From NCBI GenBank assembly GCA_004764695.1, contig SMSO01000025.1, positions 5,682,862 through 5,746,861 of the forward strand: DNA of 64,000 nt. The letters run 5' to 3'. This document shows, piece after piece, positions 12,301-23,427 of this stretch; within the stretch, counting starts at the first letter, position 1; each line of letters starts with the position of its first letter. The notes under the pieces were generated by a model. It saw nothing but the letters and a program-made list of their open reading frames with translations. It was not told the DNA's origin and made no database searches. The position numbers and the translations under genes are program-made. The DNA is from Schizochytrium sp. TIO01 (Eukaryota > Protista > Bigyra: Labyrinthulomycetes).

Positions 12301-14469
12301 ATCTTGAAGAGCAGAATTCTCACTCTCTAGACCCTCTAGCTGACCCTGGACTTGAGCGATGGTCTCCTGGTAATCAACCTGAGCAGTGTCCGCCCTGACT
12401 CGCAACATAGCCAGCTCTTGTTTTGTGCTTTCAAGAGAGTCTCGGACAGCCTCAAGCTCCTTGATTTCTGCATCTTGGAGCTCCGTTTTTGAACGTAATT
12501 GTGAGATAGTTTCCCTTTGTAAGGCTGCATCCTCCACATTTGCCTTCAGCTCCTCGGCAGCAGCCTGTAGTTGCTCAATATCGTTATCCTTTGCTTGTAA
12601 TGCACGTGAAAGCTCCTGTACTTTCCGTTCGTGCGTTCGGAGTGCATCATCATAGTTGCTTTGCAGATCTTCAAGTGCTTCTGCATCTTTGTTGACTTTC
12701 GTACGAGCATTTTCAAGTTCGTGCTGCAGAGATTCTGCCTGGGCTTGATGCTCGGAATACTCTTGCATAGCTATTTCAAGTTGGCGCTGTGAATCCTCCC
12801 GTTGGGCAACAAGGACGTTGACTTCTTGAAGTTGTTGCTGCAGGGAGCTCGTAGCATCCTCGTTTTTACTTTCAAGTTCGGCGATTTTGTCTCTGGCTTC
12901 TGCAAGTTGGTCCATGTATTCCTTTTCAAGCGCAATTTTCTCGCCCTCGAGTCTTTGCGCAAGTTCTTCGGCTTCCCGAATTTGGTCCATGATATCTTCA
13001 GATGCATTCTTTAAGGCGTGCTCTCCCTGCTTACGAGCTTGCTCGTGAGCCATCTGTAGCTTCTCGCGTTCTTGTTCCCACTTCTCATTTGCAATCTCTA
13101 GAGCCTTTTCTGCCTCCTCCGCGCGGCTTTGCGCAGCTTGAACGAGCTCCTGGGCGGTTTCAAGTTCAGTAGAGGCCTGTGAGCTCCTTTCTTGAGCTGT
13201 TGTCAGTTCCATGCGAAGGTCCTCGATTGTGTCTTTAAGTTCGTTTTGATTAGCACGCAGCTCTGCAGCAGAAGACTTGCCCTCGTCCGCCTGTGCTTCA
13301 AGCTCATTTGCAAGCTCATTGCGTTCGGCCTCCAAGGCCGACACTTGTGCTTGCAAGCGGTCTTTTTCATATTCTACTTCCAAGGCATGGGCGTTAGAGG
13401 TCTGCAGCTTTTCCCGAGTGGCATCAAGGAGGTCTTGAAGACTTTGCACTTTCTCGCTGTTGTCACTAGCCTCATTCAGGCGCGAGGCTTCCTCCAAGTC
13501 TGTCCGCAGAGTTCGGAGCTGTTCCTCAGCATTATAGAGGTCTTTCTTCAGTTCCGCCATCTCCTCGGCAGCAGTTGCATTTTTACTGCGCTCCATGGCC
13601 AGGGTTTCTTCAACCTCTGCAAGGTGTGCCTGAACTTCATCGTCACCTTCACCATCTTTGGCTCTAGCCGAACTACCCTCTGGTCCTCCTTGCTCAATTT
13701 GTGCCAGAAGGTTGTCCCGCTCCTCCTGTAATGTGCGAAGCTCCTCCTTAAGGCGTGCATCTTCCTCGCCCCGAGCGGTTGTTGCTGCCTCAAGATCATC
13801 CCTTTCCTGCTTAAGCTCCTTAAACTTCACTAGCATTGTCTTGAATTTGGCTTTCAGTTCGTCCATGCCGGCAGGCTGCATCGAGTTCTGGGCAGTTTCT
13901 CCCATAGGTTCTTGTTGCTGCTGCATCTGCCGGGCTTGTTCTAGTTCCTGCTCCAACGCCTCTTTCTCGGCTCGTAGTTCTTTATGCTTTGTGACAACCT
14001 TGATGAGCTGCGCCTTGAGCTTGGCAACCTGTTCAGATCCTTCTTCCATCGTTTTGTCAGATCCATCTGAAGACTTTACACCCTCAGAGTTTTCACCAGG
14101 ATCTTCAGAACCAGATTTTGAGGTAGCCTCGAGGAGGTTTTGGACGCGGTCGCGGTCGTCTTTGTACTCTTTGCACTTCTCGAGGACTGTCTTAAGCTTG
14201 CCCTTGAGCTGCTTCTGCAGGTCAGCCGCGTCCTGGCGCTGCTTCTCGATTTCGTTCTGGAGTGCCTCGACCATGGACCGGTAGTGCGCTGCCTTTGCAA
14301 GGCCGTCATCTGTAGCCTTAAGCTCCTCATTCTCCGCGCGAACTTTGTCCAGCTCTGCTGCGAGCTCTTCGAGCCGGCGCCGCGCCTCTGCTGCATCCTC
14401 GCCGCCCGCCGCCGCTGCCGTAACAGATTTGGCGGCGTTCTGAGCCGAAGCACGCAGCTGCGACCACAT
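6379..14469 (-). CDS. Giant coiled-coil golgin with GRIP domain (2696 aa, intronless)
   Basis: More than 2400 aa of heptad coiled coil, followed by the GRIP motif NSEYLKNVMIKFFQ...RAQLVPVIATILHFSPEE with the conserved Tyr. Confidence 0.9.
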   Translation of the reverse strand: MWSQLRASAQNAAKSVTAAAAGGEDAAEARRRLEELAAELDKVRAENEELKATDDGLAKAAHYRSMVEALQNEIEKQRQDAADLQKQLKGKLKTVLEKCKEYKDDRDRVQNLLEATSKSGSEDPGENSEGVKSSDGSDKTMEEGSEQVAKLKAQLIKVVTKHKELRAEKEALEQELEQARQMQQQQEPMGETAQNSMQPAGMDELKAKFKTMLVKFKELKQERDDLEAATTARGEEDARLKEELRTLQEERDNLLAQIEQGGPEGSSARAKDGEGDDEVQAHLAEVEETLAMERSKNATAAEEMAELKKDLYNAEEQLRTLRTDLEEASRLNEASDNSEKVQSLQDLLDATREKLQTSNAHALEVEYEKDRLQAQVSALEAERNELANELEAQADEGKSSAAELRANQNELKDTIEDLRMELTTAQERSSQASTELETAQELVQAAQSRAEEAEKALEIANEKWEQEREKLQMAHEQARKQGEHALKNASEDIMDQIREAEELAQRLEGEKIALEKEYMDQLAEARDKIAELESKNEDATSSLQQQLQEVNVLVAQREDSQRQLEIAMQEYSEHQAQAESLQHELENARTKVNKDAEALEDLQSNYDDALRTHERKVQELSRALQAKDNDIEQLQAAAEELKANVEDAALQRETISQLRSKTELQDAEIKELEAVRDSLESTKQELAMLRVRADTAQVDYQETIAQVQGQLEGLESENSALQDQLKQACESAAKAEDLLAKATCEESKLSQGVSDANELLQKELEEASHRLESTIQRRDELEELINTLKEEHNRSLEEALSEQETRLSAHLEESESRAQQQVEDLKTQQETERAALQEALSNLEKSLSERTTEKSALENELAVLKESSDANSSANSEAMAEIDRLKQEAAQIASKKDELEADLESSRAAKIASEEAIVSLQADLENLQNRLTEAESRANAFQSELEVLKTDGENSAEELSNLRQALETSRDEANKAEELTQEIQAKLGEAERREQELQAKLTEAEESESQARVSLQEQADALQAQIQQLETQLDDRNKDIENISAENLKSQEELQQSQSGLQATIDELRSELETAHCDLQESKTAAETFSSEAKAVKDQLDETLSKFTYTENEAKETQSKLEEKIEQLTQQNTESAEQYQIELQDKLKEVIAERDEAVRAAEDTESKLRYQIQQLSERAQDSSEVYEAKFNELDATMRENKRLLQDASDSRAELEGEIYRLTEEATKIAEKHESELEEKLSELQSIITERDDSLRAAEEVQTKLADELQQAEDNQHAKSEEWSSRFDKLEASLIEKEEALQEASAARAALEEQIQQLTQQGEEAAQQYQAELEEKLKTLQNTLAEREQALQVAEESRQEVVAQLEEMRNNIQSQSSETEARLEELQTSLADKDKELQDAVDARAASDEQIQRLTQESEEATEKLKVELDEKLQAMQSTLEEREEALRSAEEARTALVDQIQQLQEGSGAQSAEMQARLEELQRTVADQERLLGEAAESKQGLEGQIQELTQKSEDSAQQYETILAEKSRALESLEELESTLASTEEARSTLAAELEELRAGNEAVASDLQSKVGELESALIEKQSLLDDANERNASLEEQIDIAKAQTDAFTKQLQSELEEKLNALQATLEERDAALQATLEEKDIVLQEAERARAALADELEELKAESKTVSEELQSQLEKLNESASDKEQALQNALTARTALEEQIQQLTQQGEEAAQQYQAELEEKLKTLQNTLAEREQALQVAEESRQEVVAQLEEMRNNIQSQSSETEARLEELQTSLADKDKELQDAVDARAASDEQIQRLTQESEEATEKLKVELDEKLQAMQSTLEEREEALRSAEEARTALVDQIQQLQEGSGAQSAEMQARLEELQRTVADQERLLGEAAESKQGLEGQIQELTQKSEDSAQQYETILAEKSRALESLEELESTLASTEEARSTLAAELEELRAGNESSTADLQTMVDELESSIAEKESRLAEASSSRETLENTVQELNNALTEKIELAAQIERKCKDMEMELSSLREESSSGASELASRVSELESTITKYQEEAELLESKVAQSETTINDLQSQIAVTTSEKESAEKRASEDLEAALAKAETGFQEKKKEILTKSKKLIQAKNKHHTEALAAAHAEVEAVKKELLTKEKELSELRESTADADEVSKLKEQISSQNEELENAREALNASQNALKAQATELAQELEMRGEEVAKLDEERNQLRRELSQLQDREQEQRQALEHNSRSHGEALHAQEVALRVQIEKAQLAETELQRVSEELTKTKQRNNAALKKSRSELHSVQEQLNQAQKRTSALELDLQEAEQAQNSLAKGSREAETLREELMAAVSAKDELSKEVDELREKLAEVSKNYEESLIGERTSSDAQLKKSEAQVQELRKQLKSRNDNARQLIAQKDREISLLEAAAREAKEELARQTEELEEKSKNSEEHEFVQLAQTQSRRDAQIKALEKKLEDAAHSLQEKDTELASTHATLKHHELELAELRRTVGRSQDLQISHLKDADSHGLGGNSEYLKNVMIKFFQATKDERAQLVPVIATILHFSPEEQTMARQGEDESSGLGAIFSFFSGRHEPKPMALAPSAPKTPQSPGSAEQNEEIILQDDAYPPSRNRSTSSSELRNRHELVADPDAVFRTNNNNNRSPRSPRSKSSSPGGWLGADDDLGSDIDTNAHDNDDADSL
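8599..10545. repeat. Near-identical 765-bp direct repeat inside the golgin (8599..9363 and 9781..10545, offset 1182)
   Basis: Shadow ORFs are identical at offset 1182. Only two differences seen by eye (8734/9916 and 9028/10210), both synonymous. Confidence 0.93.
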
Positions 14470-15877
14470 CGTCCCGCCTGGGCTGCGCGAATCTACTCGC
14501 GACGCCTTCTGGCCTCCAAGCCAGGAATTGATTGCAGGTTTGTGAGTTTGCTAATCCGAGGCATTATGTGTGTTTTTACAAATTCAAATTAAAAAAAAAA
14601 ATCTATCGTGTGCAGGGTTTGCTCCACTGTAGAGCGATGAGGGAAGCGCGCTATAGAGACGAAGGAGTGACGTGGAGTTGCTGCGCTGGTGGGTCACATA
14701 CGAAAATAAGCAGGGGAAACCGTCTACTAGCGTCTCATAGTGTTGATTGACAGGGCGGAGTAGTACGATAGAGGCGATGCGAGACAAGCTGGAGACCGTG
14801 GCTCCCGTCGTTTGTGATTCAAGGGCATTAGGACGTAATAGCTCCTCAACAAGAAGCTTGTAGGCTGAAGAGATTGTAGCTGCCACTGCTGGGGTAATTT
14901 GCAGCATCGATGCGTCGGAAAATGGCGAGCTGTGGTGCCGAGAGGGCACATTGAGCCGTTAAGAGTGCTTGCCCATGTTCATATATTTAAAGAGCTGTTG
15001 AGGAAATGAGACAGCAATTTAGGATTTCTTAAGTCTAAATTGGTATGCAACACGAGAGGCGTTCTAGCAGGTACTGCTTTTCTGTTGACAACATGAAAGT
15101 GCGGTACACAGTGTAGAACCGCGAGTCTGCACAGTGAGGTTGGCTAATTGAGATGTTTATCAAATGATCTAAAGACTAGAACAGGCGCCATTTGATAGAA
15201 TAAAGTGCAAGAGAGCAACTCATGATAATCTTCTCCTCCCTCTCTGGCGAATCACATTTACAAAGGCGCTCTTGGCAGTAAATGAACACATTACAGAAAT
15301 CAGCACAATGATAGAACGGAGATACACTAAGTGCGATAAAAAAGTTCAACTATGATAACGGTGCTTAAACAGTTAAGGACGATACAGAGACAGAGACGAA
15401 ACAATGGATATTTTGTAATTCAGAGACAAAACAGATGGATGGATATGGTGGTGTGCATGCATATGTAATCTTGCGAGAGCACCACCAGGAAAATCAGTCC
15501 AAATCAAAGAAGTGGGCATGTATATGTTACCATTTCGGTACATCACAGTAGCATGAGAAGGATAGTGGTGTCATATGTGTTATCAGCTCTGCACTTGCTA
15601 GAGCATGACCAATTAGATTCTTTTCTCTTCACGCTGAGCTCTAGATTTCCAAATCCCGTTGTTGGGAAGAGTTTAGAGTCATACATGAAGGTAACGCACG
15701 TGACATGCAATTTTGAAAAAATGTGCTCCCTGCAGGGGAAGAAAGAGAACCTACAAATAGCAAAGAAATAAGTGGCGTAACGCCATGAAATCGCGATAGT
15801 ATAACATAATTTGTGGGGCTAGGCTAGCACCACACAATACGAAAAGGAGATCTGCTTCTAGGTCAAAGAGTTGATGA

Positions 15878-18016
15878 TTAAACTGGAGTTTCATCGCCTA
15901 CTCTTGGAGATCTGGCCTCAAGTTCGGTCAACTGCATAGCTTTGTTGCGAGCTGCGGTAGCTCGGAAGGACTTTGGTGAGCTCCCCGTCCCACGCGAGCT
16001 AGTAGATGAACGAGAAAGTTTGATAGACATTTCTCGCGTAAGTCGCATGATAGAATCAGGAACTTTCCCAGAAATTCGATCCATGGTTGTATGCGAATCG
16101 GAAGAGAGGTGACCGATACTGTGTGTGGTGTCCAGCGTCTGCGAACGATGTTGCGAGAGGCGATCATCTGGGGTACGGCGACCACCTACCTGCAATGCAA
16201 GATCTGGGAAGCTGGCAACTCGCTCATGGTGAGAAGGTCTAGCAAGATTGATTTCTTGAGTATGGTAGACGTGAATATGAAGAATTCGGGGGAAAAAACA
16301 GATTGCCAATATAGACATGTTTGTGACAAAGACCACGATGACACTGAGTGCGTACCGCAAATCAGGGTTGTCATAATACACCCAGAGAAGAGGAATCATG
16401 AGACACGGGACAATGATACTTGCTGCAAGCACGAAACGAAGCTCCCGGGCTTCAGAAACGATAGGGTTCAGATCCTTGTCCTCATTAGCCTTCCAAAGAC
16501 CAAAGATGAGAACCGCGCCATGGTTAACTAGAACCAAGGCGATAAAAACCCACGCATGATCAGAAGTACAGATGTAAACTGTGCCTTGGTCGGTAGCTCG
16601 CGATTGAAGAGAGAGTGTATCCGTTGCAGTCCATGCGATGAGAATAACCAAATCGATTAGCACAACAAGAATAGAGCCACCAATTAAGTTGCGACGAACA
16701 TTCTTGCGCACCTTCATTGCTGGATTGTTGAAAATTTTATGCGCACGCCACAGCTTGCCAATAATGCCAGCGAAAGTGATGGAAAACCCCAGCGAATACG
16801 TCCAGGACGCTGCTTCACAAGCTTTGCTCGATGGTGTGGCAAAAAGAAGGATCGTTAGCGTTGAGACCGTTGTGCCAAATAGAATAAGAAGCAACAGATC
16901 GCTTTGTCCAATAAGTACAATGCGGTGGTCTTTGTAGCGGAGCTGCCAAATTCCAAGGCCAGCAATTGTGGCCCACGAAATGACGGCTAGGGCAATACCG
17001 ACGTGTTGCATTCTTTGGGACACAAATACAGCGTCTTCACCAAGCTCCACTTCGGGAACTAAAAAAAGTCGTTCTGACTTCACAAGCAGAACAGTTTCTT
17101 CATCTGAGGTAGATGAAACCTGCGCAGCAATAAGCAGATCATAAGTGCCTTCGGTGAGTTTAAGAGAGACTGACAAATATCCTGTGGCAGGGCTATCCGG
17201 AGTACCGGTCGAGCAGACGGTGGTGTTGAGTGAGCACACTTCGTATTGTGCTGCAAATACGGTGTGGTTTCCCATTGCCATCGTCACAACAATATCTTGA
17301 ACACTATCGCCAGAGTTCCCGTTGTCATAGTCATCCTGAGATGTGGCATCAGAGGAAGAGATAACATTACTCGACTCACTAGCCGCGTCATCCATTCCAA
17401 GATCAGTGCAATCTACGCTTTGCCAGCTTGATGACGAATTTTTACGCACGAGACAAGTGCTAGAAATTGAGGAGGAGTTAGAATTCAGTACAGAGACTAG
17501 GTCCGAAGTAGACCAAGAGAGTGTAGGGCTCTGAGTTGGGGTGTTTGTTGGGCGGCTTGATGGTGCTTGCGTCGGCTCGTGCGTGGGAAAGGGCGTAGGC
17601 AACATGGTAGGTTCAGGAGTTGGTAATGCCGTAGGTTTCATAGTAGGTTTTAGTGTTGGCTGTTTGGTGGGATGTGCTGTTGGAGTCTTCGTGGGCCGCT
17701 TTGTTGGATTTAAAGTAGGCGCCGACGTGCTTGGGCTTAATGGTGATGGTGATTGTGTGCTGACACTCGGAAGCTGCGTTGGTGCCCCCGTTGGTGCACT
17801 AGAGGACGCGATTGACTCTGTTGATGGTGATAATGAAGGCGTCAAAGTAGGTTCAACGAAGGCGGTTGGGTATGGCGTGGGCGAGTCTCCAGCAGGTGAA
17901 AGGGTTGCATTAGTTGTGTTTGTGGCTAGTTCATCAACTTCCAGGGCTTGCGTTTGAGCTACAGCAAACATCATCCAAAGGACGACTACGAAAAGGCCGA
18001 GGCGCAAAGCTTTCAT
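15878..18016 (-). CDS. Class C (7tm_3, GABA-B-like) GPCR-like protein with signal peptide and Pro/Thr/Ser mucin-like stalk
   Basis: Signal peptide MKALRLGLFVVVLWMMFAVAQTQA, then PTxxPT repeats. Seven hydrophobic helices with 7tm_3 hallmarks: Cys before TM3, GKLWRAHKIF, LIAWT, ECL2 Cys, SEAREL and FFPRI. Confidence 0.82.
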   Translation of the reverse strand: MKALRLGLFVVVLWMMFAVAQTQALEVDELATNTTNATLSPAGDSPTPYPTAFVEPTLTPSLSPSTESIASSSAPTGAPTQLPSVSTQSPSPLSPSTSAPTLNPTKRPTKTPTAHPTKQPTLKPTMKPTALPTPEPTMLPTPFPTHEPTQAPSSRPTNTPTQSPTLSWSTSDLVSVLNSNSSSISSTCLVRKNSSSSWQSVDCTDLGMDDAASESSNVISSSDATSQDDYDNGNSGDSVQDIVVTMAMGNHTVFAAQYEVCSLNTTVCSTGTPDSPATGYLSVSLKLTEGTYDLLIAAQVSSTSDEETVLLVKSERLFLVPEVELGEDAVFVSQRMQHVGIALAVISWATIAGLGIWQLRYKDHRIVLIGQSDLLLLILFGTTVSTLTILLFATPSSKACEAASWTYSLGFSITFAGIIGKLWRAHKIFNNPAMKVRKNVRRNLIGGSILVVLIDLVILIAWTATDTLSLQSRATDQGTVYICTSDHAWVFIALVLVNHGAVLIFGLWKANEDKDLNPIVSEARELRFVLAASIIVPCLMIPLLWVYYDNPDLRYALSVIVVFVTNMSILAICFFPRILHIHVYHTQEINLARPSHHERVASFPDLALQVGGRRTPDDRLSQHRSQTLDTTHSIGHLSSDSHTTMDRISGKVPDSIMRLTREMSIKLSRSSTSSRGTGSSPKSFRATAARNKAMQLTELEARSPRVGDETPV

Positions 18017-21000
18017 TGTGCTTTGTTTACTAGAGTTGCTGCTGCGAAAGACCTGATAAAAACATCTATGCCTTGGAGTCTGCTGCAAGCTAACATGTGA
18101 ATGGGTGAGCATTTCTCACGAATATCTGTGTTGCCACTGCTAGCCTTGTGCGCGAGGCTATACGCGTTCTTGATTTGACTCCGTGGTAGGTTTTTGCTTC
18201 AAACTAGCGCGTCTTATGTACCCGTGTGTTTTCCAGCTTTCTCTACGAGCTGGTCCCAATTGAACAAGTTGTGCAAACCTTTGCGAGCACTTCTGAGAAC
18301 GCAACACTCTACGCTCCAAGCTCTGCGACGACAATGTTGTTCAGAAGGGCTTTGGATCAGCCGAACTGCTTTGCTTTGGCGAAATGAAGGGTTTTTGTTG
18401 CTCTGCCGCACGCGCTGCTGCTAGACGGCACGTGCCTCTGGCAAATCTTTAGGAGCTTTTTTGTAATGCTAACTACTTTAGCTTTGCAGCCCACCGGAGC
18501 TGCTCCCGAAGCTTTCTTCTCCGAACGAGAGACCTTTCCTTTTGCACTCTAACACGGTACAGCGCAGTACAATGCAATGCAAGTTTGTCCGCCGCCTTGG
18601 GCTTTCGTGCCAACAAGGGCCGAGACTGAATATAGGGAGCTGTATTGTAGGGAAGGTTTGTGTAAGTCTTCTGATTTAGTGTCAATGAAAGTATCTCGGT
18701 GTGAGTCCGAAGACCAACAAGCCAACTAAAGTTTACTTGGGCCTTGAGGTATCCTTCGGGGCCCTTTCGAGGCACACGGGCTTGGCTGTCTGGTTGTTTG
18801 ATTGCCAGGTTGCTTCAAGGTAAGGGAGGTAGTGATCGTGTATTATTGATGAGAGATTTTGGTTTGTGTTCATTTGTCGCAATAGGTAAGAATTACTAGC
18901 AGTACCATCGTTTAAGTTTTATTTTTATTTTTTTTTCAACTTACTAAATAAAAGGAAAGCGATGTTGTGCACGGCCGCGGAAGAATCATACATTCGCAAG
19001 AAGAGTTTGATGAGAGTAAATTTAGCTTGAGTTACGTTTACATCCTAAACATACATACAAGAACAACTTGAAGCACCAACTCGTGCTATACCGGTTGGGA
19101 GATGTGTTGTCTTGGGTGAGAGAAGGAATAGGAGTAGTCCGCAACGCCTTGAACAAATTTCGTTGCGAAATGGCCCCATTACGGTACAAGCATCGCACGG
19201 GACACGCGCCGAAGTATAAATAACTCAGCTAGAGAGCTTCTGATTTATAGTTGTGCATAATATTTCCACTAGGCTACTACTTCATACTATAAATAGCCTA
19301 ACCCACTGCTTCCAACTTTTGTTGTGATGCGGTGATGTGTCTTACTTGCTCTTAGCTCCCGCATCGTCGCTTGAATTACAACATGGTGGAGATATAGTGG
19401 TCATCACCAAAACGATAGCTGTATATTTTGAGGTTGTTGGTCATGGCATTCCCTACTCCAGACATGCAAAATTCGGCAAAGTTGCGCTACAAGCCTAGCA
19501 GCTCAAGGACTTGTGCATGACATGCTGGCCAATCGAGCGCAGACTTGAGAAAGGATCAAACAACACTTAAGAAGTAGGATTGTTTAACATCAATGTACAA
19601 GCCCTTCAAAACCCGAACCACATGTCTGTTACTTCCCTTTCCCCCCCTCCTTCCACTCGTGTGCACGCTTCATCGCCAAAGTAATTGCCCAACGACGCGC
19701 ATCATCTTATAAAGCCTAACGATGAGTTGCAGTCTGCTAGCTTATGGTATCTATATCACCTTAACAACGCCCACCACGCTGTGCTGCATGCTGTCGAAAT
19801 GGATTCTTGATGAGAGTGAAAGGGTACATTATAATCGGCATGCGAATTTACAGCAAGCTCTTCCTCTACATATCATGCTGGGTCCATCTCGAGACGGAAG
19901 TAATCCTAGTTCTGCTTCTATTACCACGCCCTTCTACTACCGACCTACCTACCGACTACCTTCCTGCAGATCGAAGCTCTCATGACCACGGTCTCGGTTC
20001 TAACAGGCGTCGCAGGGGCTGCCAATACCATAATAAATGGATTCCTGGTGGTGGTATTTTTATCAATCTACGTGGAAGCAAGGGAAGGTAGGATTCCCAT
20101 CAGTATTGGACTGCGAAGGTTCCGGTGCAGTAGGCCACGCATGCCCCTTCTAAACCTTCAAGTGGAATTTATTACATTCAAGTTTCCTGAAAAGTACAGC
20201 GCATGCGAAGTCTGATTTTCGCATGACTTCTCGCATCGGGCTAACGCTGCTAACTTGTGGAGCCTCTACTCCTAGTGATACTGTTATCTGTTATAGGTAG
20301 CCGCAGATGTGGCGCACTCTCGCTCGTGACAGTTTCATGAATACTTGGACTGCTGCTGGGGCTAGCTAGATACTTACCACCACGCAAGGGGCAGATCCAG
20401 CACTGTGAGAAGCAGGAACTTGGCTTCCAACGCGAGCCGAGGCAACCAGCGTGGGGAAGACGTAGGAGTTCTGGCATGTCAAGTTCGGGTACGATCATTC
20501 GTTCTGAGTCCTGTATTTTTTTTTTGTTGCCGCATGAGGGTCAGCAGTTACTGCCGGTCAAGCAAGGGTCGTCCTGATTATTGATGCTGACACAGAGCAA
20601 ATTGAAGAGTTGGATTCTTCAAGTTCATATGATTCGGTGGTCTTTGTGTCCTATTTCTGAATGTCTATTAAATAGCGACAGCAGCACGCCAAAGTACGAT
20701 GCATGAATGTCAGAACGACAGACGCTGTTTTCTCTCGAACCAAGGAACGACAAAAGTTCAAACGTCGTTGCCGTGAAAAGTCTATATGTAGGCTAGATAG
20801 GATGGTCCTACTACTAAATTGGCAAAGCAAACGACAGAGAGCGTGGCAGATCGCCCGTTAGAGTGATGTCAAAACTATACCAGTTGAATGATAGAATGAT
20901 GAAGTTGTCTTGCCCTCTTCCATCACCAAGGCAGTCGATAGTCGTCCTCAAATGAAACCATGGAGGGAATTCCGAAATTGCACCAGCTTGGCCTCATGAT

Positions 21001-23344
21001 CAAGAGCACGCGAGCTATTGCAGCTTTTAGGCGCCTTTTCTGCGCATATTGGGAGTTACTTGGTTGGCAACCTCTATAGATTTCTTTTCGACGGTGATGG
21101 TTTGCACGATGTCTGACACTGTAAAAGATGGGTGAAACCCTTCACTAAGCATGTGGACATGTCTTCTCCTTTCTCAATATACATGACTATCATGGAGGAT
21201 GAACGACTGACGGTTATCTATAGTGCCATTGAAGTGCATGAAAAGGAAGCTGCATTAAAAAAAATAAAATAGTTCTAGTTGGTTTCGTGGTGTGGCAGAA
21301 CTATGCTGATATATTTAAGTGAGATCTGAACTTCGTCATTGCAGTTGATTCAGATGCTCGATCCGCAATCCGCAAAACCCTTCGTTGAAATTTCGAGTAC
21401 TTGGGTTGCTTTGATGTTAAATCTCTTATTGATGTGCGCTTTCAAGCTTTTAAGCAGAGTCCCGTACATGAAAATAGTTTCTTCTTGTATTTTCTCTTGT
21501 AAGTCTTCCATAAGGCCAAGAATAGCTTCTGTTTCTCCCGCGCGCAGCACGGGAGGCATGATCGTCCTCTTTTTGCATATTGAGTGTCTTTCCGGGTCAA
21601 TTCACCCGTGACCATCCGAGTTCGAATTCTATTTTCTAGCGAAGAAGCGATCGAGGAGGGGTTCTTCTTCTCGGTCCGCTTTGTATGTTTCTTTGTGTCA
21701 TAGCAAAGCGACGAGCATCTGAAAAACAATGTAGTCATACAATTCGCGCTTTTGCTGAGGGCACTCGCTCGTGCTCATTAATTTTCAACTAAAAACAACA
21801 AAAAATCATTTTTAATAATAGAAAAATACATACGAACAAGTTGAATATTTTTTAATTATTTATTAAATGTTATCTTTATAAAGGGTACTACTACAACTTA
21901 AATTACTATTGTTCAAGGTAGCTAGAGCTAGGGGGTCATTTAAGTTGGTTGTATCCTGTGCCATCTTCGAGCATACAATCATTACTATAGTCGCATGGTT
22001 CAACATTGACTCTACGAGATTTAAAGCATAAGTGTTCAAAGATATAATAGGAAACCATAAGTTGGCACTCTCGCGAGTTGTGCAACAACCAGTATGCGCA
22101 TCTTGCATGAATGCACGAATAAAATTGACGTGCCCCACCCAGATCCATTAAAACAGATGCGCGTGTCCAAGCACCCATAGGTCAGGTATCACGAGCCCCC
22201 GTGCAAAGCAGTCCCTTTAATGGATGCTAAGTTACAGGACAGGATATATTCCTTTTCAGTAGGGGGTCTTCATAAGGGTCTACCACATTCGCTTTAGCGT
22301 ATACACGTCTCATTCCTAGTATTTCTAAGAAAGCTTTTCGGTCGCACGATCATCAGCACAGCAGCCTGAGGTCCAGGTGAAGTTGTATCACGAGAACTCA
22401 ATGATCTACCACAGCTGGTCTCGCTCTCGATCCGCTTGCTCAAAGACTTTATGCGTTAACCACTTTCAACTGTTTAAGAACTTACATAGTCAGCGAAGCA
22501 GTGTTTGCTCAGGAGAAGCAAGATCTCGTAGCCCACAAGTTTAGTCAGATCGAAAACGACATCACTTCGAAGAACAGACCCTTCTTTAATGGAGTGTCGA
22601 TGAGCATTAATGCAACCAGAGTAGACTAGGTTGGCCGAACATTGGGTTAGAACCAGCTCTGGATGCACTTGAACCACGATGAACTGGTTTTCTTTCTGGG
22701 AGACAGACCTAGCTTACGCAAGTCCCATTGTTTCACAAACTCATACTGAGCGACTTATGTCCTGTATTAATCAAGGCTGAGCTAGTTAATCCGAGTGCCC
22801 TCTCTTCTGCGATAAGTAATGGCCCAAACGCTGGGCATTTTAATCAGACGATGGCAATAGAATCCATTCCTGATAGGCAGTTTATGCAGCAAAAACTGAT
22901 TTAGATGTTACTATATTTTGGAGGCCCTTTACAGGATAGTCTTTGCAGCATGCTACGCCACAGGTTTACACATCTGCGCACAATTCCGCATATTTCACCC
23001 CACAGCACCGGATCAGTCCTTCCATATGCTCGCTACTAGTCATCCTGCTGACCTTGCAGCACATCTCCAGATTCCGCTCTCTGTCCGCAGCCAGCCAGCC
23101 CTCCGGCTTCGCCGTCTGGTTCTTCGACCTGACCCGCGACGGTTGCCAGCCTCCCGATGCAACCCTCCTTCGTCTTTTGGATGCTTGTTACCAGTGCGAA
23201 GCAGGTTAGCCAAGTTGGCTGGTTGGCTGGCTGGCTTTGACTCCTCGTTCTTCACACCGCCATGCAGCGAGAGAGATTGGTTTTCGCGAGAGCGCTGCTC
23301 GCAACGGGTTTTGGCGCCTCTGTCAGCATGACCCAACCCAATCA

Positions 23345-23427
23345 GAATTCAAATTCAAATTCAAATCCAAGTTCAAAACTCAAATGCAATTTCAAAATTT
23401 CAAAATTTCAAATTTCAAATTTCAAAT
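23345..23427. repeat. Degenerate (AAATTC/AAATTTC)n simple repeat
   Basis: Sequence reads aattcaaattcaaattcaaatccaagttcaaa...caaatttcaaatttcaaat. Confidence 0.85.

Noticed and set aside
14584-14949. 121-aa ORF just upstream of the golgin
   Set aside because: Non-ATG start, runs into poly-T, and only a vague resemblance to HhH motifs; probably promoter or UTR.
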